Notes: generated from the sequence alone by a model not told the origin. A DNA stretch of 64,000 nt from Zestosphaera tikiterensis (GCA_003056265.1 NBVN01000004.1:261587-325586); one strand, 5' to 3'; counted from the first letter of the stretch, positions 34,931-45,278 are shown. Numbers and translations are program-made.

Positions 34931-36007
34931 ATGGGTGTAGGCACGACTCTAGCTAGAAGGGCTGTATTCCTAGCTGCGGCATTGGTTATAGCGGTGTTTT
35001 TAACTGGGGTGATATTAGGTGCTTCCGGATATATAGATAAGGTTTTAAACGCGATAGTTTTGGAGGAGGTTAGAGCTTACAGGCAAGGCCTTTCAAAACT
35101 TTATAACTTAACTGCGGCTGAGAGGGATAGGTTGGTTGCTGAGTATGAGAAGACTTTAAGGGATTACTACCAACTCGATAAGCCGTGGATTTACAGGTTA
35201 GTGCCTACGGTTCTTTCAACTTTAACTCTAGACTTGGGTTACGTGCAGAGCGGTGGCGTTGCTGAAGTTGCTGGTTATCAACTACCGGTGAGGGTTAGTA
35301 CGGTAGTGCTTACTTGCTTGCCTAGGACTATATTCATGATTACGGTGGCTGAGGCTATAACTATCGTTATAGCGTTGTTGGTGGCTCCCTTCATAGTGTA
35401 TAGGATAGGCTCCTTAATAGATAGGGTTGTAGTTGCTTACGCAGCCGTAATGAACGCATTTCCGCTTTGGTGGATTGCTTTAGTTATGTTGTTTACTTTA
35501 GGGTATAGGTGGGGTATAGCACCCACTAGGTTGAGAGCCGTTACAGCATCTATAAACGCGTTGTTCTCAGGCAACTTACTTGCTTTAGGTGAGGTCTTCT
35601 ACTATGCTTGGCTGCCGATACTAACTATAGTTGTAGTGTCGTTGGGTCCGTGGATCTACAGCGTTAGAGCTATGTTAATACGTGTCGTTAAGGAAGACTA
35701 CGTTACCGCCGCGGTGGCTAGGGGTTTACCTGAGAAATACGTTTTAAGGAGGTATATAATGCGTCCGGCCGCTTCCCCCATCGTCACTAACGTGATTTTA
35801 GGTCTTGCCGGGACTATAGGCGGTTATATAATCACGGAGTCCGTGTTTGATTGGCCCGGTATGGGAACGCTCTACTACTCAGCGATAGTTAATGCTGACG
35901 CACCAACGATACTTGCCCTCACCTACATATTCACGTTGGTTTACGTGGTGGCGAGGTTTATTTTAGAGGTGCTTTACATAGTTTTAGATCCGAGGGTGAG
36001 ATTATGA
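34931..36007 (+). CDS. ABC transporter permease (OppB/DppB-like)
   Basis: A multi-TM protein. The EAA-like loop region VKEDYVTAAVARGLPE is typical of BPD_transp_1. Confidence 0.85.
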   Translation: MGVGTTLARRAVFLAAALVIAVFLTGVILGASGYIDKVLNAIVLEEVRAYRQGLSKLYNLTAAERDRLVAEYEKTLRDYYQLDKPWIYRLVPTVLSTLTLDLGYVQSGGVAEVAGYQLPVRVSTVVLTCLPRTIFMITVAEAITIVIALLVAPFIVYRIGSLIDRVVVAYAAVMNAFPLWWIALVMLFTLGYRWGIAPTRLRAVTASINALFSGNLLALGEVFYYAWLPILTIVVVSLGPWIYSVRAMLIRVVKEDYVTAAVARGLPEKYVLRRYIMRPAASPIVTNVILGLAGTIGGYIITESVFDWPGMGTLYYSAIVNADAPTILALTYIFTLVYVVARFILEVLYIVLDPRVRL

Positions 36008-37500
36008 GCTTCATCGCTAGGGTGTACGCAGGCTTAAGCTGGTTAAGGAGGGAGGTTTTAAGTCAATTCAGCGGTAAGGTAGCTATAGCTTTGCTAGTCG
36101 CTATAGTTGCTGTATCCATATACGCAGCCGCTACGATGCCCTCCAACTACAACGTCATATGGAATTACCCGCTTTACTGGGAAGCAAACCCTAAGAACTC
36201 CCCGCCGGAGTGGTCTACATACTTCGGAACTACATGCTTAACCAATCAAGTATATGACTTAAGGACTGCGACACCTAGAATCTCCGTAGATGAGGAGGGT
36301 AGGGTTAGGTTAACTTACAACATGACTTACACGCTCGACGTTAAATCTTACCCAAGGGCTTTAATACTGATCGTGGACTCTATGACTATACCGGCTAACG
36401 TAAGGAACGTTAGGGTATTAAACACTATAGTTAAGCCTGATGGGAAGCAAATTCAAGTATTCGATGACCTAGTGGACTTCACTAAAAACGTCACCGCAGG
36501 AAGCTTTAAATTCACTCAAACGTTCAGGCCTGAGTTGGATAAGATATACAACTCATTACTGCTGAATTACATCAACTACAACATAGATCCAAACGACGTA
36601 GGCGTTAACTACTTAAGCTATATATTCGGTGAGATAACTCAACCAGACCCTAAGTCAACGGCTAGAACTACATACCTTACGGGCAGGTACGTAATAAGTT
36701 TAACGCTGGACTTCAGGGTTGAGGGGGTTGCGCAGGAACTACTTCTTAGAAGCATTAAAAACGCCGCTAGATTTGAATATGTTGTTGTAGGTACGTGCTA
36801 CGGCCTTATGGGTACGGACTATCAAGGCAGGGACTTAGCTATGGGTCTCCTCTACGGATTCCCGATAGCTTTACTTATAGGTTTAGGTACGGCTTTGATG
36901 TCGACGGGTTTAGGGCTTTTAGCCGGTATGGTTAGCGGTTACTACGGAGGTTTTATAGATGAGTTCATTCAGAGGTTTATAGACGTTTTAGGTTCTATAC
37001 CTCTGCTTCCTATACTTATTTTAGTTGCGGCAGCAGCTCAAACAGCTTTCGGTGCTGACCCCAACAAGCCAGTTCTTATGTTGTTAACGATCTTAGGCGT
37101 TTTAGTTTTGTTTGGTTGGGGTGGTTTAGCTATAGTTGTTAGGTCCATGACTTTAAGTATTAAGAGCGAGCTATATGTAGAGGCCGCTAAATCCATAGGT
37201 GCGAGCAACTTCAGAATATTGATTAAGCATATACTACCTCAGTTAGTTCCGTACATAGCTGCTTCACTAGTTTACTCAACTCCTAACGCTATATTAACGG
37301 AAGCGGGCTTGTCGGTGTTGGGGATATACCACGGACTCCCTACGTGGGGAGGTATACTTGCTGAAGCTAGGACTCAAGGAAGGGTTGAGTACTGGTGGTG
37401 GATCTTCCCGCCAGGCCTCTTAATAGCTATAACCTCATTAACGTTTGTTTTATTAGGGTTGGCGTTAGAAAAAGTTGTGGAGCCTAGGTTGAGGAGGTGA
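36004..37500 (+). CDS. ABC transporter permease (OppC/DppC-like) with a long extracytoplasmic insert
   Basis: The C-terminal half has the OppC-type TM core (SELYVEAAKSIGASNFRILIKHILP). The start overlaps the previous gene. Confidence 0.85.
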   Translation: MSFIARVYAGLSWLRREVLSQFSGKVAIALLVAIVAVSIYAAATMPSNYNVIWNYPLYWEANPKNSPPEWSTYFGTTCLTNQVYDLRTATPRISVDEEGRVRLTYNMTYTLDVKSYPRALILIVDSMTIPANVRNVRVLNTIVKPDGKQIQVFDDLVDFTKNVTAGSFKFTQTFRPELDKIYNSLLLNYINYNIDPNDVGVNYLSYIFGEITQPDPKSTARTTYLTGRYVISLTLDFRVEGVAQELLLRSIKNAARFEYVVVGTCYGLMGTDYQGRDLAMGLLYGFPIALLIGLGTALMSTGLGLLAGMVSGYYGGFIDEFIQRFIDVLGSIPLLPILILVAAAAQTAFGADPNKPVLMLLTILGVLVLFGWGGLAIVVRSMTLSIKSELYVEAAKSIGASNFRILIKHILPQLVPYIAASLVYSTPNAILTEAGLSVLGIYHGLPTWGGILAEARTQGRVEYWWWIFPPGLLIAITSLTFVLLGLALEKVVEPRLRR

Positions 37501-38564
37501 TTTTAATGAGTGAACCTAAGTTAGTGGTTGAAGGTTTAAAGAAGTACTTCCCCATAAGAAGGGGTATCACTGAAGCATTAACTTTCAAACCTCCTAGATA
37601 CGTTAAAGCTGTTGACGGCATTAGCTTTGAGGTATTTGAGGGTGATGTTTTCTGCTTAGTTGGCGAGTCCGGATGCGGTAAAACAACTACTGGAAGACTT
37701 ATAGTTAGGCTTATTGAAGCTACTGATGGTAGGATGAGATATAAAGTTTCTGAAGAGCTTAAGAATCAAATACCTGAGGACCTCCTTCAAGACGGGAAAT
37801 ACGTTGACTTACTAGGTAAGCTACCTAAGAACGTTGATAAAGCTTTAAGGAAGGATACGCAGATAATATTTCAAGACCCCTACGGCTCTTTAAACCCGCG
37901 TATGACTTTAAAAGACATACTTAACGAGCCGCTGCAAGTGCATAACATAGGAGCTTCAGAAAGTGAGAGGTTGGAGATAATACATAGAGCGTTAAGTGAG
38001 GTTAAGCTAACACCACCTGAGGAGTTCGTGGATAGATATCCACACATGCTGTCGGGAGGTCAGAGGCAGAGGGTAGCTATAGCTAGGGCAATCATTTTAA
38101 ACCCGTCCTTAGTAGTTGCTGACGAACCTGTAAGCATGCTTGACGTCTCAATAAGAGCTGAGATACTTCAGTTAATGCTAGATTTGAAAGCTGCTAGGAA
38201 CCTCTCATACGTGTTCATAACCCACGACCTAGCGGTAGCGAACTACATATGCAATAGGATAGCGGTTATGTACTTAGGGAAGATAGTTGAGATGGGGATC
38301 ACGGATAAGGTAATAGGCAATCCTCAACACCCATACACGCAAGCGTTAGTAGCTGCGGTGCCGGAGCCAGACCCTAAAAACAGGCTTAGGATTAAGGAAG
38401 TACCTATAAAAGGCGAGATCCCAAGCGCTGCTAACATACCAAGCGGTTGTAGACTCCACCCAAGATGTCCATACGCGATGGATATATGCAGTAAGGAAGA
38501 ACCGCCTATGGTGGAAGTTGAGAAAGACCACTACGTAAGTTGTTGGTTGCATACGAAGAAGTAA
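37497..38564 (+). CDS. oligopeptide/dipeptide-type ABC transporter ATP-binding protein (OppF/DppF-like)
   Basis: Walker A GESGCGKTT, signature LSGGQRQRV and Walker B LVVADEPVSMLD. Confidence 0.9.
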   Translation: MILMSEPKLVVEGLKKYFPIRRGITEALTFKPPRYVKAVDGISFEVFEGDVFCLVGESGCGKTTTGRLIVRLIEATDGRMRYKVSEELKNQIPEDLLQDGKYVDLLGKLPKNVDKALRKDTQIIFQDPYGSLNPRMTLKDILNEPLQVHNIGASESERLEIIHRALSEVKLTPPEEFVDRYPHMLSGGQRQRVAIARAIILNPSLVVADEPVSMLDVSIRAEILQLMLDLKAARNLSYVFITHDLAVANYICNRIAVMYLGKIVEMGITDKVIGNPQHPYTQALVAAVPEPDPKNRLRIKEVPIKGEIPSAANIPSGCRLHPRCPYAMDICSKEEPPMVEVEKDHYVSCWLHTKK

Positions 38565-38704
38565 CTCTAAATCATATAGGAAGTTTTCTTCAGTAAGGTA
38601 TGGAAAGCTCTTAACCCTGAATCCCTAAATCCTCACATTATTCACGGATATAATCTTAACATCCTTAACTTAATCAACAATAAAAGCTTAACCTACTTTA
38701 ATTT

Positions 38705-39781
38705 TTGGGTTTAAAAATGAGTCGATGTTGCGTTAAGACGGGTGTCGTTGGTTGGGGTGCGTACATCCCCCTCTACCGGTTGAGGTCTAAGGAGATAGCT
38801 AGCTTGTGGGGTTTCGACCCAAACGTGGCTGACTCTATATGGATTGAGGAGAAGTCTGTAGCTTCAGTAGATGAAGACGCGATAACTATGGGGTGGTACG
38901 CAGCTAAATACGCTTTAGTTAGGGGTGGGGTTAACCCTGAAGACGTAGGTGCTGTTTTCGTAGGTACTGAATCCAAGCCGTATGCGGTTAAACCATCCTC
39001 AACAGTTATAGCGGATGCTTTAGGGATTTCCAGGAAGAAATTAGCTACGGATTTAGAGTTTGCGTGTAGAGCTGCTGCTGAGGGGATTAGGTTAGCAGTA
39101 GCTTTAGTTTCAAGCGGTAGTATCAAATACGGTTTATCTATAGGTTCCGATACAGCTCAAGCAAGCCCTGGAGACGTGCTTGAGTTAACGGCTTCTTCAG
39201 GTGCTGTTGCGTTTTTAATAGGTCCTGCCGAGGAATCGGTTGCGGTGTTTGAGGGGTTAACGACGTACGTTACTGACACACCGGATTTCTGGAGGAGGGA
39301 GGGTTCTAAATACCCATCTCATGGCGAAGGATTTACAGGTGAGCCCGCGTACTTCCATCATATAATCTCTTCAGTGACTATGTTGCTGGAGGAGTTAGGT
39401 CTGAAGCCCTCGGATTTCGACTACGCAATCTTTCACCAACCCAACGGTAAGTTCCCTCTTCAAGTGGGGAGGGCTTTAGGATTTCCTAAGGAGAAGATCA
39501 CCCCAGGTTTAGTAACGCCGTGGATTGGGAACACCTACAACGCTTCAGCTCTGTTAGGCTTAGCTAAAGTTTTAGAAATCGCTAAGCCGGGTCAGAGGAT
39601 TTTAGTCGCTCCATTCGGGTCTGGAGCCGGTAGCGATGCTATGAGCTTAGTAGTCACCGATAAAGTTTTAGATAGGGTTCATAAAGCACCTACTGTGGAG
39701 GAGTTAATTAATAGGAAGAAATACGTAAGTTATGCTGAATACGCTAAATCAAGAAACTTAATCTTACGGAATGTGGGGTGA
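38705..39781 (+). CDS. hydroxymethylglutaryl-CoA synthase (archaeal type)
   Basis: GVVGWGAYIPLYRL at the N-terminus, the catalytic Cys context LEFACRAAAEG and the His motif IFHQPNGKFP. An ATG at 38717 is the likely start. Confidence 0.85.
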   Translation: MGLKMSRCCVKTGVVGWGAYIPLYRLRSKEIASLWGFDPNVADSIWIEEKSVASVDEDAITMGWYAAKYALVRGGVNPEDVGAVFVGTESKPYAVKPSSTVIADALGISRKKLATDLEFACRAAAEGIRLAVALVSSGSIKYGLSIGSDTAQASPGDVLELTASSGAVAFLIGPAEESVAVFEGLTTYVTDTPDFWRREGSKYPSHGEGFTGEPAYFHHIISSVTMLLEELGLKPSDFDYAIFHQPNGKFPLQVGRALGFPKEKITPGLVTPWIGNTYNASALLGLAKVLEIAKPGQRILVAPFGSGAGSDAMSLVVTDKVLDRVHKAPTVEELINRKKYVSYAEYAKSRNLILRNVG

Positions 39782-40925
39782 TGGAATGTTGAAGGCTTAC
39801 ATAGCATCTGTTGAGATGCTTAAAATAGATAGACACTACGATAAAAGCTATGTAGACATGGCTTTAGAAGTTATTGACGCTGTGTTAAACGGTGTTGGCT
39901 TAACCCCCTCCGAACTGGATTACATTATAGTATCTACAGCTTTCAACAGCTTATTAACACATCAGGTAGGGTCTTCCTACATCTTAGCTCAGTACTTAGG
40001 CGTTAAAAACGTTAACGTAGCGTCTGTAGAGGCTGGTGAGGCTTCAGGCGCTGCCGCGTTAGATTACGCGGCAAGCCTGGTTAAGTCAGGCAAAGCAAGC
40101 AAAGTTTTAGTTGTTGGTTTTGAGAAGATGAGTGAATATCCCTCATGGATTGTAAATAGGGAATATTCGAAAATACTTAACTACATGGTTGAAGGTATTA
40201 AAGGTGTTACGCCACCCGACTACGCCGCCATAATTATGAAGGAATATATGAGTAAATACAACGTTACGAGGGAAGACGTGTTTAAATGGAGTGTTAAAAT
40301 GCATGAAAACGCTTCTAAAAACCCATACGCTCAACTGCCTTTCAAAATATCTAAAGACTCCTACGTAAAATCTTTAGTTATGTCAGACCCTATAACAATG
40401 CATGATTCGTTCCCCGTAGGTGATGGGGCGGCGGCAGCGTTAATTGTAGGGGATGGCTTCACAAACAACGCACCTAAAGAACTTGTTGAGTTAGTTGACG
40501 TTGAGTCAAGCGTGAATCTACCGCTGTATTTAAGGGAGGATCTTACAGTGTTTGAAGCTACGGCTAAATCCTTAAGCAAGTTAACAAGTAAGCATAGGGT
40601 AAGCGTAACTAAAGACATGGCTTTAAACGTATATGACACGTATAACATCTACGGACTTATAACGTTAGAGTCTTTAGGTGTTGCCGAAAGAGGGAAAGCA
40701 CATGAAGTCATAGATGAGATGCCGTATTTAAACGTAGGTGGTGGTTTAAAAGCTAGAGGCCATCCCGTAGGCGCTACACCCTTATATCAATTAGGTGAGC
40801 TCTATAAGTTGATGACCGAAGGTTTCGCCGGTATGAAATACGATGGGGAGTACGGCATAATTCATTCCATGTCCGGCCCCGATAATACTTCCTGGCTTGT
40901 TTTGCTTAGGAGGTGTGTGAGATGA
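39771..40925 (+). CDS. thiolase-family protein (acetyl-CoA acetyltransferase-like) lacking the canonical catalytic cysteines
   Basis: Thiolase-fold landmarks are present (VLVVGFEKMSE, VGDGAAAALIV, NVGGGLKARGHPVGATP). The nucleophile position reads VEAGEASG (Glu) and the acid-base position reads MHDSFP (Ser). Confidence 0.75.
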   Translation: MWGDGMLKAYIASVEMLKIDRHYDKSYVDMALEVIDAVLNGVGLTPSELDYIIVSTAFNSLLTHQVGSSYILAQYLGVKNVNVASVEAGEASGAAALDYAASLVKSGKASKVLVVGFEKMSEYPSWIVNREYSKILNYMVEGIKGVTPPDYAAIIMKEYMSKYNVTREDVFKWSVKMHENASKNPYAQLPFKISKDSYVKSLVMSDPITMHDSFPVGDGAAAALIVGDGFTNNAPKELVELVDVESSVNLPLYLREDLTVFEATAKSLSKLTSKHRVSVTKDMALNVYDTYNIYGLITLESLGVAERGKAHEVIDEMPYLNVGGGLKARGHPVGATPLYQLGELYKLMTEGFAGMKYDGEYGIIHSMSGPDNTSWLVLLRRCVR

Positions 40926-41335
40926 AGCACTCAATCTCTATATTCTGGAGAGATAGGGAAAACCATTACAAGCTGTTAATAACTAAATGCCGGAACTGCG
41001 GTAAGTCGTCGTATCCGAAACTGAAGAGATGCCCATACTGCGGTTCAACCAATGTCGAGGTGGTTGAGTCTAAAGGGCGTGGTACTTTAGTGAATTACAC
41101 TATAACGTACTTTAGAGTGGATGGTAGTGAAGCAATGCTTCCTAAAGTTATTGGCCTTGTAAAGTTAGATGAAGGGGTTAAAGTTCCGGCAGAGATAGTT
41201 GATGTACCAGATTTAAGTAGTTTAAAACCTGGTCTCGAGGTTGAGGCGGTTTTAAGGAAGTATTCAAGTGATGACCCGCATGGTTTAATATATTACGGGC
41301 TTAAGTTTATACCGAGTATAATTAAGAAGCAGTGA
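40913..41335 (+). CDS. DUF35 OB-fold/zinc-ribbon protein (thiolase/HMGCS complex scaffold type)
   Basis: The zinc ribbon CRNCGKSSYPKLKRCPYCGS is followed by an OB-fold-like region. The gene sits in the conserved position after the thiolase gene. Confidence 0.8.
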   Translation: MCEMKHSISIFWRDRENHYKLLITKCRNCGKSSYPKLKRCPYCGSTNVEVVESKGRGTLVNYTITYFRVDGSEAMLPKVIGLVKLDEGVKVPAEIVDVPDLSSLKPGLEVEAVLRKYSSDDPHGLIYYGLKFIPSIIKKQ

Positions 41336-41393
41336 TTTTTATACTTGAAAGCAAAAGTTTAAATAGGTTTAAGCCTTTATTATTAGGGATAAA

Positions 41394-42650
41394 ATGGTAG
41401 ATTTCGTGTCCTTACTCTCCAGCAAGTTGGAAGTTTTCAAAGCCTCCGAGATTAGAGAGTTACTTAAGTTAACTGAGGGGAAGAACGTAATAAGCTTGGC
41501 TGGAGGCATGCCCGACCCGCAGACATTTCCTAAGAAGGAATTAGCTGAGATAGCTAAGGAGGTAATCCTCGAAAGAGGTGAGAACGCTCTTCAATACGCC
41601 CCAACAGCTGGCGTAACTGAGTTTAGGAAGGAGTTAACCAGGTATTTAGAGCGTAAAGGAGTTAAAGTAAATCGTGAGGATAGCATTATAGTAACTACAG
41701 GATCGCAGCAAGCGCTTGACTTAATAAGTAGGGTTTTCATAGATCATAACGACGTGATAATAGTTGAATTACCTACTTATCTAGCGGCTTTAAACGCTTT
41801 CAACATCTCAAAACCTGAGGTTGTGGGTATACCTATAGATGAGGACGGCATGAAGACAGACCTCCTAGCTAAAGAGCTTAAGAGGATCTACAGCGAAGGT
41901 AGGAAGGTTAAGTTTATATATACGATACCAGTAGCGCATAACCCAGCTGGAGTTACGATGAGTTTAGAAAGGAAGAAGGAACTTCTGGAGCTTGCTTCAA
42001 AATACGACATACCGATAATTGAGGACGACCCCTACTCGTACTTCGTTTATGAAGATGGTGTCGACACAACACCTCTTAAAACACTGGATAGAGAGGGTAG
42101 GGTAGTATACTTAGGTACCTTTAGTAAGATATTATCGCCTGGTCTTAGGTTGGGTTGGGTTTTAGGCAATAGCTACGTTATTGACTTACTTGAAAGAGCT
42201 AAGCAGTCGGCAGACCTCCACACGGCCACGTTATCGCAGTATATAGCTATGGAAGCGATACGGAGGGGCGTTGTTGACGCTACAATTGAGAAAGCTAAAC
42301 AGATATACAGAGTTAAGAGAGACGTTATAATCGACGCATTAACGGATAACATGCCTGAAAACACTTGGTGGCCTAAGCCTGTGGGAGGGCTCTTCCTGAT
42401 GGTGTTCTTACCCTCTCTAGAGATAGACACCAAGAAGATGTTGCCTGAAGCTATAGAGAGAGGCGTGGCTTACGTTCCCGGAGCCTCATTCTTTGCTAAC
42501 GGAGGCGGTTGGAACAGCATGAGGTTAAACTTCAGCTTCCCACCGCCGGAGAAACTCAATGAAGCCATCAAGATATTAGCGGATTTAGTTAAAGAGAAGA
42601 TTAAAGGACCTACGGTTAAGATCACTCCGGAAACTTTCTATAGGGTTTAG
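41394..42650 (+). CDS. PLP-dependent aminotransferase, class I/II
   Basis: NPAGVTM, the PLP-lysine motif TFSKILSPGLRLGW, and MRLNFS near the C-terminus. Confidence 0.85.
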   Translation: MVDFVSLLSSKLEVFKASEIRELLKLTEGKNVISLAGGMPDPQTFPKKELAEIAKEVILERGENALQYAPTAGVTEFRKELTRYLERKGVKVNREDSIIVTTGSQQALDLISRVFIDHNDVIIVELPTYLAALNAFNISKPEVVGIPIDEDGMKTDLLAKELKRIYSEGRKVKFIYTIPVAHNPAGVTMSLERKKELLELASKYDIPIIEDDPYSYFVYEDGVDTTPLKTLDREGRVVYLGTFSKILSPGLRLGWVLGNSYVIDLLERAKQSADLHTATLSQYIAMEAIRRGVVDATIEKAKQIYRVKRDVIIDALTDNMPENTWWPKPVGGLFLMVFLPSLEIDTKKMLPEAIERGVAYVPGASFFANGGGWNSMRLNFSFPPPEKLNEAIKILADLVKEKIKGPTVKITPETFYRV

Positions 42651-42670
42651 CTTTAACGGTTTAACTTCAA

Positions 42671-43543
42671 CTACTGTTTAACGTTTGAAGCTACGTAAGA
42701 TACGCGTGGGAAAACCTCAACTAAGTTTTTAACTTCGTTGAAATCGTTGGTAAACGCTACGTTGGAGTCGAGTACATATTTAACTATACCGCTTAACGCC
42801 TTCCTACCTGAGCCGTAGTTAAACCTTGAAGGCCTCACTAAAGACACTTTCTTAGGTTGCCCGAAATATCTTAAAGTAATGTGAGGCTGTTTAGGCGTTA
42901 AGTAAATAATACCTGCGTTGGTTAAGTACTTAGTTATTTCGAAACGAGGGTTTTCCGTAACTATTGCTAAGTCGTAACTTCTTAACTCACTTAAGTCTTT
43001 CCTTACAGATATCCCGACCTCATGTAAAGGCTTGAAAACTTCATCGTTACAGAATGCCGTAACGTCTACTAAGGATTTGAGGGAGAGGCTTAACACATAT
43101 GACGTGAAGTCACATCCAACAATAATCGCTGAGTTTAACCTCCGAGCTATCTTAAGCAACTCTTCTACGTAGCTAAACTCTATGTATAGACTAGAGTACT
43201 TATCTATCGGCTCCCCTTTAAGCTCTATTAAACACGTTGATGGAATAACCGAATACTCACTTAATAAACCATCAACGTCTAAACCTAGGAAACCAACTCC
43301 ACAGAATGGAACTACGCCGTAGATCTTACCTACGACAACGTTGGACTCAACACCCGCTTCAACCACCCTAACTACTCCAAAACTTCCTAAAGTTACGTTA
43401 CGTATCATCACCTCAGAAAAACCCGTCAACTTGGGTGAGTACGTCATAGCAGTTAAAACCTTACCTAAAACCCACCCCTGAGGTATCGGTGGTATAGGTA
43501 CCTCCCTAACCTCAACCCCTTCATACCACTTAACGCTTTTCAA
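42671..43543 (-). CDS. degenerate medium-chain dehydrogenase/reductase-like protein
   Basis: A GroES-like N-terminal pattern is present. I could not find the Zn ligands or a GxGxxG motif. Confidence 0.3.
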   Translation of the reverse strand: MKSVKWYEGVEVREVPIPPIPQGWVLGKVLTAMTYSPKLTGFSEVMIRNVTLGSFGVVRVVEAGVESNVVVGKIYGVVPFCGVGFLGLDVDGLLSEYSVIPSTCLIELKGEPIDKYSSLYIEFSYVEELLKIARRLNSAIIVGCDFTSYVLSLSLKSLVDVTAFCNDEVFKPLHEVGISVRKDLSELRSYDLAIVTENPRFEITKYLTNAGIIYLTPKQPHITLRYFGQPKKVSLVRPSRFNYGSGRKALSGIVKYVLDSNVAFTNDFNEVKNLVEVFPRVSYVASNVKQ

Positions 43544-43676
43544 AATCCCCTCGACTATAACTTATCCTAAACTTAAAAACATCAATACATTAAGTCTAGA
43601 AGTTTTCATCGATACTCAAGAGTTAGCGAAACCCTCAGAGTTTATAAAAATTCCTGACGTTAGATAGGTTTAGGGA

Positions 43677-44093
43677 GTGATGGTGGAGGATCCTGTAATC
43701 GTTATCACAAGGTATTTAGTACTTAAAAAGTTGGTTAACGACACTACGACCTTACTCGCTATTAAAGACTACTACGTCGATGGATTATCTCCAAGCACTA
43801 TAGGATATAAATACAAAATCTCTAAGTTTAGGGTTAGAGGCTATATTCAACGAATAACGGATAAGACCAGAAATCACTTAATAGCTACTAACATTATCAG
43901 GAGGGTCTTTCCATCGATAATGAATATAGAGCCTGTCGTAATTAAAGTAAGTAATAAGTACTTATGTCTGTTATGCGATCAAACCTTCAGCACCGAGTTA
44001 ATGGCTGAAAACCACCTTAAGAAGAAACATAAAGACCTCCTTAATAACGTAGTTAATCAAATAGTTCAGTCCATTAGGAAGCAAGTGAGTTAA
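43677..44093 (+). CDS. putative DNA-binding protein with a C-terminal C2H2 zinc finger
   Basis: YLCLLCDQTFSTELMAENHLKKKH fits CX2C-X12-HX4H. The N-terminal part is HTH-like. Confidence 0.5.
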   Translation: MMVEDPVIVITRYLVLKKLVNDTTTLLAIKDYYVDGLSPSTIGYKYKISKFRVRGYIQRITDKTRNHLIATNIIRRVFPSIMNIEPVVIKVSNKYLCLLCDQTFSTELMAENHLKKKHKDLLNNVVNQIVQSIRKQVS

Positions 44094-44790
44094 CGCTTGA
44101 GTTGATTTCCTGCAACATATACGCTTTAAGCATCCCTATAACGTTTACATCCTCGGTTACGTTTATCTTCTCATTGTTTATGTAGATATCAACACCGCTT
44201 ACCTCTCCGAACCTCCGCTTTAAAACTATCTTAATATTCACGTTTCGTAAAGCCTCCCTTAAATCTGAAGCCTTTAAAACATCGTTTAGTAACGCATCAC
44301 TTAACAACCCTAGAGCTTTAGTCTTAACTATGTCACTACAGCTAGCTACGGTCAAACCTACCTTAACGTAAGCTTTAATGAATTCCCTCCCCTTATCTAA
44401 AGGTGTGTTGGCCAGCGTTACCAGATCCTCGCAACTTAAAGTTTTAAGTAGCTCTTCATAGACTTGAGAACTTAAAACCCCACGATCTTGCTTTAGTAGA
44501 TACTCTGTAAGCTTAACGATGTCCACGTAACCCTTTAAAAGCGTTAAAACCTCAATCCACTCCTTAAAACATTCAACCTCGCAAGACCTAATCACGGCGT
44601 TTGCCAGAACCTCATAACCTAAATCGCCGTTATCCAACAACGAACCTATTAAAACCAACAGCTTAAAAGGCTTTCTAAACCTTCTGAAATCCTCCAACGC
44701 CTTATAAAACACATCAAAAACATTGCCACTATCAATTAGAGTTCGAACCTCACTACCACGCTTAAGCAACTTACCATCGCTAAATATCAC
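44074..44790 (-). CDS. hypothetical protein
   Basis: ORF track only. Confidence 0.4.
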   Translation of the reverse strand: MIFSDGKLLKRGSEVRTLIDSGNVFDVFYKALEDFRRFRKPFKLLVLIGSLLDNGDLGYEVLANAVIRSCEVECFKEWIEVLTLLKGYVDIVKLTEYLLKQDRGVLSSQVYEELLKTLSCEDLVTLANTPLDKGREFIKAYVKVGLTVASCSDIVKTKALGLLSDALLNDVLKASDLREALRNVNIKIVLKRRFGEVSGVDIYINNEKINVTEDVNVIGMLKAYMLQEINSSVNSLAS

Positions 44791-44951
44791 TAACCCCTAA
44801 TTAAGTCTTGACTCAAGGAAGCTTTAAAAGCGATTGCCCAAAGTTGAGGATGCTCCGCTAATCACTACATTCATCAGCTTAAATTTTACATAACCAGTAG
44901 CTTTAGCTTAAATTATTTAGGGGTTAATGCCAGTATATAACCTATTCACTC

Positions 44952-45116
44952 TTAGATTTTATATCCTAACTTCCTTAGCTTATACATAATCGCTTCTCGA
45001 ACAAATTCACTTCTATTCCTGGAATACCCCTCCTCCACGAAGAAGTCTATTTGATCGAGCACATCCTCAGAAAGTTTAAAAGAGATAACTTTATCTGAAG
45101 CCACCCGATTCCCCAT
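44952..45116 (-). CDS. ribbon-helix-helix (CopG/NikR-N-like) protein, 54 aa; not in the supplied ORF track
   Basis: My own translation gives MGNRVASDKVISFKLSEDVLDQIDFFVEEGYSRNRSEFVREAIMYKLRKLGYKI. The ISFKL strand plus the NRSEFVREAI helix is the classic RHH pattern. Confidence 0.6.
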   Translation of the reverse strand: MGNRVASDKVISFKLSEDVLDQIDFFVEEGYSRNRSEFVREAIMYKLRKLGYKI

Positions 45117-45278
45117 GTGTTCTAGGTAATACTTATATTTAAGCTTTAGTAGTTAATATGCCTTATGTAATATTAATCAGTTATTTTTATAAGCTTTTTT
45201 AATCTCTCCATTCCCTAAATAGGAATTTTTAAACATAAATTTATTTGACACGTATAAGATAATGGCAGGCGTTGCTCG

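Noticed and set aside
30366-38564. The separated position of the first ABC ATPase gene (upstream of a reverse-strand gene and the binding-protein gene) as evidence of rearrangement or a novel system.
   Set aside because: All five canonical Opp/Dpp components are present and intact. Gene-order variation of this kind is common, and nothing else here is unusual.
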